Source: a virus (Duplodnaviria; Heunggongvirae; Uroviricota; Caudoviricetes). From it: a DNA stretch of 11,396 nucleotides. Under the pieces are notes generated by a model. The model searched no databases. It worked only from the letters and a program-made list of their open reading frames with translations, and was not told the origin of the DNA. Below, one piece after another: positions 6,178 to 11,396 of the stretch. Positions within the stretch are counted from its first letter, which is position 1. Every line of letters starts with the position of its first letter. The position numbers were made by a program, and so were the translations under genes. The stretch lies in IMG/VR virus record IMGVR_UViG_3300025782_000009; one strand, given 5' to 3'.

Positions 6178-6435
6178 ATGAACCAGGTAGAACTAGAAAC
6201 CGGAGCATTCACTCTTACTCACTCGCCAGGACGTGCGCCAGTAGATACAACTGGAGATCTATTTGGAACGCAGAGCCAACTAGAAATTAAAACGCTGCAA
6301 GCATACGCGCCGCAGCTGTTCCACGCGCTTAAGGACGTTCTAGCCCTGCTAACAAACCCGGACGCAGAGCCGGAGGACGCAGACCAGATTACCGCGAAAA
6401 TTCAACAGATATTAAACCAAATCGAAGGAGCTTAA
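6178..6435 (+). CDS. Small hypothetical protein resembling the phage HTPGPW...AAPELLEAL family
   Basis: The start is reassigned to ATG 6178 in the junction repeat (the track starts at 6139). 85 aa with THSPG near the N-terminus and QAYAPQLFHALKDVL. Confidence 0.7.
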   Translation: MNQVELETGAFTLTHSPGRAPVDTTGDLFGTQSQLEIKTLQAYAPQLFHALKDVLALLTNPDAEPEDADQITAKIQQILNQIEGA

Positions 6436-6438
6436 ACC

Positions 6439-6735
6439 ATGAAACAATTTTCACTTGATTACGCGATACACAACGCAAAATTCCCGGACGGAACTAAGAA
6501 CACCGAGCCAGTATTAAACCAGGAGCAGCAGGAGGCAATTCTCGGCATTATCGGGAAAAGGTGCAGACAACCAACCAAGGAAAGATTAGCCCGCCGCTTG
6601 GCACTTCCCTTGGCATTGTGGGAGAGATACGGCATTTATTCCCGCATGATTATTGAAGATCAATCAGCGTATTACATTTGCGGACAATCCTGGCATGATG
6701 AAATGAGAACACTGCGGGAGTGCATACTCAAATGA
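6439..6735 (+). CDS. Hypothetical phage protein with a C-terminal YxxGQ(S/D)(W/Y)xxExRTxR-type motif
   Basis: 98 aa with a perfect junction-repeat RBS; ends YICGQSWHDEMRTLRECILK. ATGA-coupled to the next gene. Confidence 0.75.
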   Translation: MKQFSLDYAIHNAKFPDGTKNTEPVLNQEQQEAILGIIGKRCRQPTKERLARRLALPLALWERYGIYSRMIIEDQSAYYICGQSWHDEMRTLRECILK

Positions 6736-6926
6736 ATAATTTAATAATCGCCTACCATGCAAAATCAGATTTGCGCGGGTGGTCGGAGGTTTGCCGTTAT
6801 CCCGTTGACTGGGAAGGATGGCACGAGTTCGACCGTTCCATGATCGCGGAGTTGCTGCAAACGGGTTCGCAAGTAGTGACCTGCGGGTGGAATATGTACC
6901 AGGTAGTTAAGGAGGCTAAAAAATGA
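6732..6926 (+). CDS. Trp-rich small hypothetical protein
   Basis: 64 aa from ATG 6732, which forms an ATGA overlap with the upstream stop. The track's start at 6720 is less likely. Confidence 0.65.
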   Translation: MNNLIIAYHAKSDLRGWSEVCRYPVDWEGWHEFDRSMIAELLQTGSQVVTCGWNMYQVVKEAKK

Positions 6927-7084
6927 ATCACACCGAACGCGATTACATCCAAGCCGGATTCGACTTTGAACGCGGACGAATTCAGGTGGATATTTTGCGC
7001 CTAATGATCGAATCGGAACGCATAGAAAACCGCCAGGAGGCACGCCGACTAATCGACCAGGGACGCGCAGAGGCACGGCGATAA
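6923..7084 (+). CDS. 53-aa Arg/Glu-rich hypothetical protein (not in the ORF track)
   Basis: MNHTERDYIQAGFDFERGRIQVDILRLMIESERIENRQEARRLIDQGRAEARR*. AGGAGG RBS and an ATGA overlap. Confidence 0.75.
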   Translation: MNHTERDYIQAGFDFERGRIQVDILRLMIESERIENRQEARRLIDQGRAEARR

Positions 7085-7090
7085 AGCACC

Positions 7091-7131
7091 GTTAAAGCCT
7101 TCTAACGAGGGTTTTAACCGGGCATTTGCCC
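7091..7131 (+). other. Twin stem-loop intergenic RNA element upstream of an RBS
   Basis: A 12-bp stem GTTAAAGCCTTC/GAGGGTTTTAAC (two G-U pairs, TAAC loop), one unpaired C, then GGGC-ATTT-GCCC. No U-tract follows. The G-U pairs work only on the + strand. Confidence 0.55.
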
Positions 7132-7155
7132 CAACAACTAAAAGGAACTTAAACA

Positions 7156-7428
7156 ATGAAAACCAAAAAATTTACATTTCACGCAGACCCCGGACACGGA
7201 TGGCTAGAGGTCGAATTTTCCGATTTGGAGGAGCTCAACATCCAGGAAAAAATCAGCGGGTATTCATTTGTTCGCGGTAATAAAGTTTATTTGGAGGAGG
7301 ACTGCGATGCTTACCTATTCATGGAAACCGCCAAGAGTAACGGATGGACTATCAATATTCAAGAGAAGTACCAGGAGAACACGCCGATTCGCAACTACCA
7401 AAATTATCCAAAATTTATAGGAGCTTAA
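7156..7428 (+). CDS. Conserved phage hypothetical protein (DPGHGWL...YLEEDCD type)
   Basis: 90 aa. The motifs HADPGHGWLEV, ISGYSF and VYLEEDCDA are ones I recognise in small phage/MGE proteins of unknown function. Junction-repeat RBS. Confidence 0.8.
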   Translation: MKTKKFTFHADPGHGWLEVEFSDLEELNIQEKISGYSFVRGNKVYLEEDCDAYLFMETAKSNGWTINIQEKYQENTPIRNYQNYPKFIGA

Positions 7429-7431
7429 ACC

Positions 7432-7614
7432 ATGACAACAACACAAATGAACGAGTACCAGTTGAACGGGTACGCAAACCGCAGAGAGTATTTGGAGAGC
7501 TTGTGCGAGGAGTACGACCGCACGATTGTCTACACCCTGGCATCCGTCCTGGGAGCCTCTGAGGACTTTGATGGATTAATCAGCAGCTTAGAGGACTACT
7601 GCGAGGAGTACTGA
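7432..7614 (+). CDS. Small acidic hypothetical protein (GYxxRxxYL...EDFDGL type)
   Basis: 60 aa with a perfect junction-repeat RBS. Acidic C-terminal half. Confidence 0.78.
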   Translation: MTTTQMNEYQLNGYANRREYLESLCEEYDRTIVYTLASVLGASEDFDGLISSLEDYCEEY

Positions 7615-7621
7615 GCCGCCC

Positions 7622-7674
7622 GCCCGGACACGCGCCGGGCATTTTCCCGCCCCAGGGTTCGCCCTGGGTTTAAT
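7622..7674 (+). terminator. Tandem GC-rich hairpins, probable (leaky) intrinsic terminators
   Basis: GCCCGG-ACACGCG-CCGGGC followed by ATTTT (7622-7645), and CCCAGGG-TTCG-CCCTGGG followed by TTTAAT (7651-7674). The U-tracts are short. Confidence 0.55.
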
Positions 7675-7706
7675 GGTGTAGTGACTGAAATTATTAAGGA
7701 GCTTTT

Positions 7707-7844
7707 ATGTGGATAGTTTATTGGATGGAAAAAGATTTAGCCGGGGAATTTTTGCAGCACCGGAAATTTGACAACTACCAGGGCGCACGGGTTTTCGCAC
7801 GTTTAAAACGCGGGCGCGTAGAAAAACGCCTTGCATTTCAATAA
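7707..7844 (+). CDS. 45-aa basic hypothetical protein (not in the ORF track)
   Basis: MWIVYWMEKDLAGEFLQHRKFDNYQGARVFARLKRGRVEKRLAFQ*, with AAGGAG 5 nt before the ATG. Confidence 0.65.
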   Translation: MWIVYWMEKDLAGEFLQHRKFDNYQGARVFARLKRGRVEKRLAFQ

Positions 7845-7902
7845 TGGAATAGTGGCTGAAAGAAACAAAAATGATTACAGAAAATGAATTAGGAGATCAA
7901 AA

Positions 7903-8100
7903 ATGAAAAAATTTTTCGTAACAATGGTTCGAGTTGAGCACATTGTTTATCGCATAGGTGTTGTGGCAAACAATCAAGATGAGGCAGAGGAGTTGGCACA
8001 AGAGAAGTGGGATGAAGGAGACATTGATTTAGGCACTGGCGAAGTTGTGTATGGTGAAGAATTTATTAATTACGTTGAAGAAATGGGAGAAGCAAAATGA
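7903..8100 (+). CDS. Small acidic protein, DpnD/PcfM-like pattern
   Basis: 65 aa with an AGGAG RBS. MKKFFVT...IGVVANNQDEAEELA fits the MKxFxV...VxVEAxxxEEA pattern of that family; recognised by eye only. Confidence 0.6.
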   Translation: MKKFFVTMVRVEHIVYRIGVVANNQDEAEELAQEKWDEGDIDLGTGEVVYGEEFINYVEEMGEAK

Positions 8101-8276
8101 AAAAATACCAAGTGTGCGTAACGATTACTTACGTTGATTATGTTGATGTAGTGGCTGAGAGTGTAAAAGATGCTGAGCTAAAGATTCGCGAACAAATAGA
8201 CTTGGGCGCTATCAACTTCTACAACGAGTGGTCTCCTGAAGTGGCTTGCGAGGCTTTTGAGGTTGAGACTGAATGA
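8097..8276 (+). CDS. 59-aa acidic protein, apparent paralog of 7903..8100 (not in the ORF track)
   Basis: MKKYQVCVTITYVDYVDVVAESVKDAELKIREQIDLGAINFYNEWSPEVACEAFEVETE*. ATGA overlaps at both ends and a GGGAG RBS. Confidence 0.72.
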   Translation: MKKYQVCVTITYVDYVDVVAESVKDAELKIREQIDLGAINFYNEWSPEVACEAFEVETE

Positions 8277-8470
8277 ACTACCAACGCATCCGATTGGATA
8301 CTTGGCTGAGAACCTATGCCCTATTCCCCGAGGAGTACGGGCACTGGTTCGACACGCTAGAAGGTCTTAAAAAAAGTAAATCTGTTACATTTACCCTTAA
8401 GCCAGAGGCTAATACTACTGGCACTGAGGTCTCAATTACACTGGACTACCATGCTAATACCGCCCATTAA
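8273..8470 (+). CDS. Hypothetical protein
   Basis: 65 aa, ATGA-coupled to the upstream gene. No recognisable motif. Confidence 0.5.
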   Translation: MNYQRIRLDTWLRTYALFPEEYGHWFDTLEGLKKSKSVTFTLKPEANTTGTEVSITLDYHANTAH

Positions 8471-8666
8471 AAATAAATCCGTATTCGTTATTTACATTGT
8501 CGCGCAGGATGATGGTGTAGTGACTGCAAGTTCTGATTTTATTGGTGACAATTTAGATGTTAGAAGGGTCGGCTTGGAGGCTTTAAATTACCTCCACGCC
8601 GCATCCATAACTGAAGAAAACAATCTGTACGTCAATAATGTAATCAACTCACTTCAAGTTCAGTGA
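8451..8666 (+). CDS. Hypothetical protein, last gene of the rightward array
   Basis: 71 aa with a weak GGA RBS. It overlaps the previous gene by 20 nt and the convergent primase gene by 18 nt. Confidence 0.55.
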   Translation: MLIPPIKNKSVFVIYIVAQDDGVVTASSDFIGDNLDVRRVGLEALNYLHAASITEENNLYVNNVINSLQVQ

Positions 8667-9473
8667 CCTGAGAAGTGACTGCCCACTCTTAAAAGTACCA
8701 TGTTTCTGATGATGATCGTTGAAATCGTAGCCAACTGTATCGCTAATCCAGTAAGGGAGTCCTATATCCTTTGCTGTTTTTTCGCCTGTATTGGATGCGT
8801 CATTGTCCGCAATTACAAATCCCTTGCCGATATGCTTCGCAACTTTAGCCATGTTGTGCGCGGAGAAACAAACGTAGATTTTGTATCTGTATTTAAAAGA
8901 CTTGAGCACTTCCCGAATACTAAGTGCAGTGGCGTATCCCTCGCAGAATATATTTTGCCCCTTGTTATCGAATATAAAAGTGGCTCCAGAAGTCCGCTGT
9001 CCAAACAAGAATTTCTTTTGCCCGTCCTCCTGGATGAGCTGGCATCCGACCAGTGCGCCGTCTAGTCTCATTGGTATTACCAGGATAGCTTTGCCGTCCT
9101 TGCGCCATACATTTCCCTCCTCGTCCTTAAATCCCTTGCTCTCCAAATAATGATGGTGTAGTGGCTCACATTGGTTGATGATCCAGGCTGCTTTGCTTGC
9201 TGCCAGTCTTTGATGGTGTAGTGTCTGATCGTGTACTGCCTTTGCTTCCCGCGCCATTTGAGTCAGGTTAATTCCAACAGTACTATCAGGTTTCCATACC
9301 GATACTTCAGTATCAGTGGCATGGTTCTGCACCAGCCCATAGTTGCCCATAAACTTAACTGCCCCGTTCTTTTTATGCGGGTGATCGTTTGTGGGATAGC
9401 GAGTCCACCTGCCAAGTGGTGGCGTAGTTTCAATGAGTATGCCGTGTGCCCGTGCAAAGTTAACGAAATCCAT
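8649..9473 (-). CDS. TOPRIM-domain DNA primase (TraC/P4 alpha-like)
   Basis: TOPRIM motifs IFCEGYATALSI and VIADND, a GALVGCQLI..DGQKKFL segment, and an N-terminal GRWTRYPT..HPHKKNG domain. AAGGAG RBS; directly downstream of the helicase. Confidence 0.85.
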   Translation of the reverse strand: MDFVNFARAHGILIETTPPLGRWTRYPTNDHPHKKNGAVKFMGNYGLVQNHATDTEVSVWKPDSTVGINLTQMAREAKAVHDQTLHHQRLAASKAAWIINQCEPLHHHYLESKGFKDEEGNVWRKDGKAILVIPMRLDGALVGCQLIQEDGQKKFLFGQRTSGATFIFDNKGQNIFCEGYATALSIREVLKSFKYRYKIYVCFSAHNMAKVAKHIGKGFVIADNDASNTGEKTAKDIGLPYWISDTVGYDFNDHHQKHGTFKSGQSLLRSLNLK

Positions 9474-9489
9474 TATCTTGTCTCCTTAT

Positions 9490-10971
9490 TCATCGCTTTA
9501 ATCCGCCCTTTTTAATCATCGTTATGTACGATCTTAGTTTCTTATCTACAAACTTCTTTACTTCCTGGTTAGGTTCTATTGCCCTGGATGTATCTAATCC
9601 GCGAGGCCATACGCCGAACTTGTCTCTGTATGTGTGCGCCATTCGCCCATCCGACCACCCGTGATAGCGTTTGTAGTACTGCATCATGTACCAAAATTCC
9701 TGCTTTGAAGTTGTGCCCATCGTGCCTGATAACTCTTGCAGCTCACCCGCAACGGATGAAACCTGGTTTCTTTTCTCTTTAACGTGACCACATCTGTGGC
9801 AAGTATCTCCACCAGTCCACAATGCTCCGCACTTTGGGCATTTGCTTGCTTCTTTCTCTGCCTTTGTGGGTTCTTTCCTGGTCTTTTCTTTGCCGTCATC
9901 TAGTGAATGAACGCCGTTCGCGTATATGTCTTCCCAGTCTTCTCTAAATCTAAGATAGTTGCCTGAATGATCTAGCCATAATGCAAACTCTTTTCCCTCA
10001 TGCCCGCGCATTACGCGCCCCATCTGCTGGATATGTGAGGATAGAGACTTAGAAAATGGTCGTGCTGATATGCCGATCATTACGTCTGAACAATCAAATC
10101 CTTTGGTCAATATATCTGTGGCTATGAGTCCGTGTATCTCTGTGTCCGGTCTTGAGAAGTCTTTGATTACATCCTCTTTGAATTCATCCTTATCCCTGTA
10201 ACTGATAGATACGAAGTTGTATCCCTGCTCTGCGAACTTGCGAGCCAGGTCATTGCCGTGCTCTACTCCCGCACAAAACACGACCGTCTTCTTTGGCTCA
10301 CCAAATATCTCATGCGTTTTCTTAATCCACTCGGCAACAATATCACCCGTGATCTTCATGCCCCTGGTTGTGCTCTCTGATTGTGACCACTCGCCCGCGA
10401 CTTTCTTTGCGCCTTCCATGTCGATCTCTTTGGCTATATATACGCGCAGCGGGACAAGAACCTTCTGGTCTACCAGGTTTTTAGTTGTGACTGTGGATAT
10501 GACGTTCTCATATATCTTGCCCAACCCCTTGGTAAAAGGTGTAGCACTGAGTCCTATGACTTTGATGTTGGGGTTGTTCTTTATGAACTGTACTGTCTGG
10601 TCTCTGGTCTGATGCGCCTCGTCAACTATAAGTAGTTGCAAGTCTGGCATACTTTGCCTTCTCTCCAGGGTCTGTGCGGAGCATACTTGTATCCGCTCGT
10701 AGGGTCTGAACCGCCAGTGACCTGACTGCATTACCCCGTGATCTATCTTGTATTTGTCTAGCCTGGTGCTGGTCTGGTTGCATAGAACGATACGATCTAG
10801 CACCATTGCAGCTTTGTTGAGCTTCTTTTTAGTGGCATCTAATAGTGCGATAGCCATCTCTGTTTTACCTGCTCCCGTGGGCGCGTATAGAACCTGGGTT
10901 CTGTGCCCCTCGGCAAAGCCTTTGCGTAACGCCTCTAATGTAGCGTCCTGATAATCTCTAAGTTGTAACAT
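9490..10971 (-). CDS. SF2 DEAD/DEAH-box helicase with a C-terminal Zn-finger (RadD/UvsW-like phage helicase)
   Basis: Q motif LRDYQ, Walker A APTGAGKT, Walker B IVDEAH, motif III SAT, motif V LTKGFD, motif VI QQMGRVMR, and CPKC...CHRC. GGAG RBS. Confidence 0.92.
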   Translation of the reverse strand: MLQLRDYQDATLEALRKGFAEGHRTQVLYAPTGAGKTEMAIALLDATKKKLNKAAMVLDRIVLCNQTSTRLDKYKIDHGVMQSGHWRFRPYERIQVCSAQTLERRQSMPDLQLLIVDEAHQTRDQTVQFIKNNPNIKVIGLSATPFTKGLGKIYENVISTVTTKNLVDQKVLVPLRVYIAKEIDMEGAKKVAGEWSQSESTTRGMKITGDIVAEWIKKTHEIFGEPKKTVVFCAGVEHGNDLARKFAEQGYNFVSISYRDKDEFKEDVIKDFSRPDTEIHGLIATDILTKGFDCSDVMIGISARPFSKSLSSHIQQMGRVMRGHEGKEFALWLDHSGNYLRFREDWEDIYANGVHSLDDGKEKTRKEPTKAEKEASKCPKCGALWTGGDTCHRCGHVKEKRNQVSSVAGELQELSGTMGTTSKQEFWYMMQYYKRYHGWSDGRMAHTYRDKFGVWPRGLDTSRAIEPNQEVKKFVDKKLRSYITMIKKGGLKR

Positions 10972-11009
10972 TTAATTCTCCACTACCGGGACAAAGCCCC
11001 CGGCTTGGC

Positions 11010-11258
11010 TTAAAAACCATTTCTCTCCTTTAATAATTTCTCTACCCACTCTGCAACCCGGTGAGGATCGTTTGATTTCAATGGATTGAAGTCGTTCCAA
11101 TCAGCGCCATTCAGCCCTACCCATTGTTTCTTTTGCTCCAGCATATCTTCTAGCGCAACGAGACAGTAGTTGCAAAACATTACTTCAATTACACCAAGTG
11201 CTCCAGTAACGCCGTCATCTTCAGAAAAATCACAATCGCAAATAGTACATTTATTCAT
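11010..11258 (-). CDS. Small hypothetical protein: CxxC...CxxC Zn-binding module plus a WVGL...EKLLKERN C-terminal module
   Basis: 82 aa: CTIC and CNYC pairs, then KKQWVGLN...AEWVEKLLKERN. AAGGA RBS and an ATGA overlap with the upstream gene. Confidence 0.75.
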   Translation of the reverse strand: MNKCTICDCDFSEDDGVTGALGVIEVMFCNYCLVALEDMLEQKKQWVGLNGADWNDFNPLKSNDPHRVAEWVEKLLKERNGF

Positions 11259-11396
11259 TTGTTTTCCTTAAAGAAATCTTCTAAAACCTTTGCTGCTTTT
11301 TCGTCCATTCTGTCTTGCCAGTATTTTTTAGCAATGCTAGCTTCCTCTTCGGTCACTGGAATCCATTTGCCGTCCGCATCCTGCTTATTCCACCAA
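11255..11396 (-). CDS. 3' end of a hypothetical protein entering from beyond the right edge
   Basis: Open frame ...WWNKQDADGKWIPVTEEEASIAKKYWQDRMDEKAAKVLEDFFKENK*, whose TGA overlaps the ATG at 11258. Confidence 0.6.
   Translation of the reverse strand, partial: WWNKQDADGKWIPVTEEEASIAKKYWQDRMDEKAAKVLEDFFKENK

Larger units (their letters stand above)
5779..7434 (+). repeat. Dispersed RBS/stop/start junction repeat, consensus AGGAGCTTAAAC(A/C)ATG
   Basis: 5779 AGGAGCTTAAACAATG; 5914 AGGAGTTTAAACAATG; 6167 AGGGGTTAACAATG; 6426 AGGAGCTTAAACCATG; 7143 AGGAACTTAAACAATG; 7419 AGGAGCTTAAACCATG. Looser copies are at 5471, 6910, 7697 and 7891. Confidence 0.9.
7673..9228 (+). repeat. Dispersed same-orientation repeat ATGGTGTAGTG-N-CT(G/C)
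   Basis: Exact ATGGTGTAGTG at 7673, 8512, 9153 and 9213. The core TGTAGTGGCTGA is also at 8147. The copies at 7673 and 8512 share 15 identical bases. Confidence 0.8.

Noticed and set aside
7091-7118. attC-like site (GTTAAAG...TTTTAAC)
   Set aside because: The box order is reversed relative to attC (RYYYAAC...GTTRRRY), and the element is too short.
5779-7434. Junction repeats as a CRISPR array or integron
   Set aside because: The repeats are only about 16 bp, the spacers are whole ORFs of 130-700 bp, and there is no cas or integrase gene in the window.
6075-7562. Track ORFs 6075..6290, 6765..7076 and 7344..7562, and track starts at 6139 and 6720
   Set aside because: They are shadow frames or upstream extensions; the real starts coincide with the junction RBS repeat or ATGA overlaps.
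7504-7611. 12-bp repeat TGCGAGGAGTAC at 7504 and 7600 within one gene
   Set aside because: Both copies are in the same frame and encode CEEY, so this is most simply a local duplication.
7085-7690. Additional self-cleaving ribozymes (twister, twister-sister, pistol, hatchet, second hammerhead) in the other intergenic hairpins
   Set aside because: I could not find the conserved core nucleotides of any of these classes by eye. An Infernal search would be needed to exclude them fully.
7669-7697. Possible internal promoter TTTAAT-N17-TATTAA
   Set aside because: The -35 is poor and the -10 abuts the SD, leaving no room for a leader.
7844-7906. Minigenes ATG GAA TAG (7844-7852) and MITENELGDQK (7871-7906)
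   Set aside because: They are too short and lack a convincing SD. They may be remnants of a deleted gene, but this cannot be supported from the sequence.
8700-10951. Track ORFs inside primase and helicase (8700..9065, 8813..9004, 8881..9150, 9231..9515, 9263..9457, 9579..9782, 9684..9899, 10217..10612, 10748..10951)
   Set aside because: They are antisense or out-of-frame shadows of strongly supported genes.
10985-11004. Small hairpin CCGGG-N8-CCCGG upstream of the helicase RBS
   Set aside because: The stem is only 5-6 bp with no U-tract. It may modulate translation but is too weak to call.

Overview
Segment of a tailed dsDNA phage (Caudoviricetes) genome. A leftward packaging operon runs terS (5258-4530), a stand-alone LexA-type winged-HTH gene, terL (4113-2632), two inserted genes (a possible lysozyme-fold protein and a protein with a Tat-type signal peptide) and the first 375 codons of a P22-like portal gene, which runs off the left edge and is missing from the ORF track. 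A divergent intergenic region (5259-5483) holds two sigma70-like promoters and two copies of a palindromic operator-like site. A rightward array of about 14 very small, tightly coupled ORFs (5484-8666) has junctions built from a repeated AGGAGCTTAAAC(A/C)ATG cassette. A leftward replication module (SF2 helicase, TOPRIM primase, small ORFs) converges on that array. The standout is a complete, canonical type I hammerhead ribozyme (5724-5773, GUC cleavage site after 5767). It overlaps the stop codon of the first array gene and would cut 24 nt upstream of the second gene's start. Other points of interest are further structured RNA elements in the array, a polar ATGGTGTAGTG repeat family around the convergence point, and a 14-bp duplication flanking one inserted gene. 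All protein family calls come from motif recognition by eye; no database searches were run.
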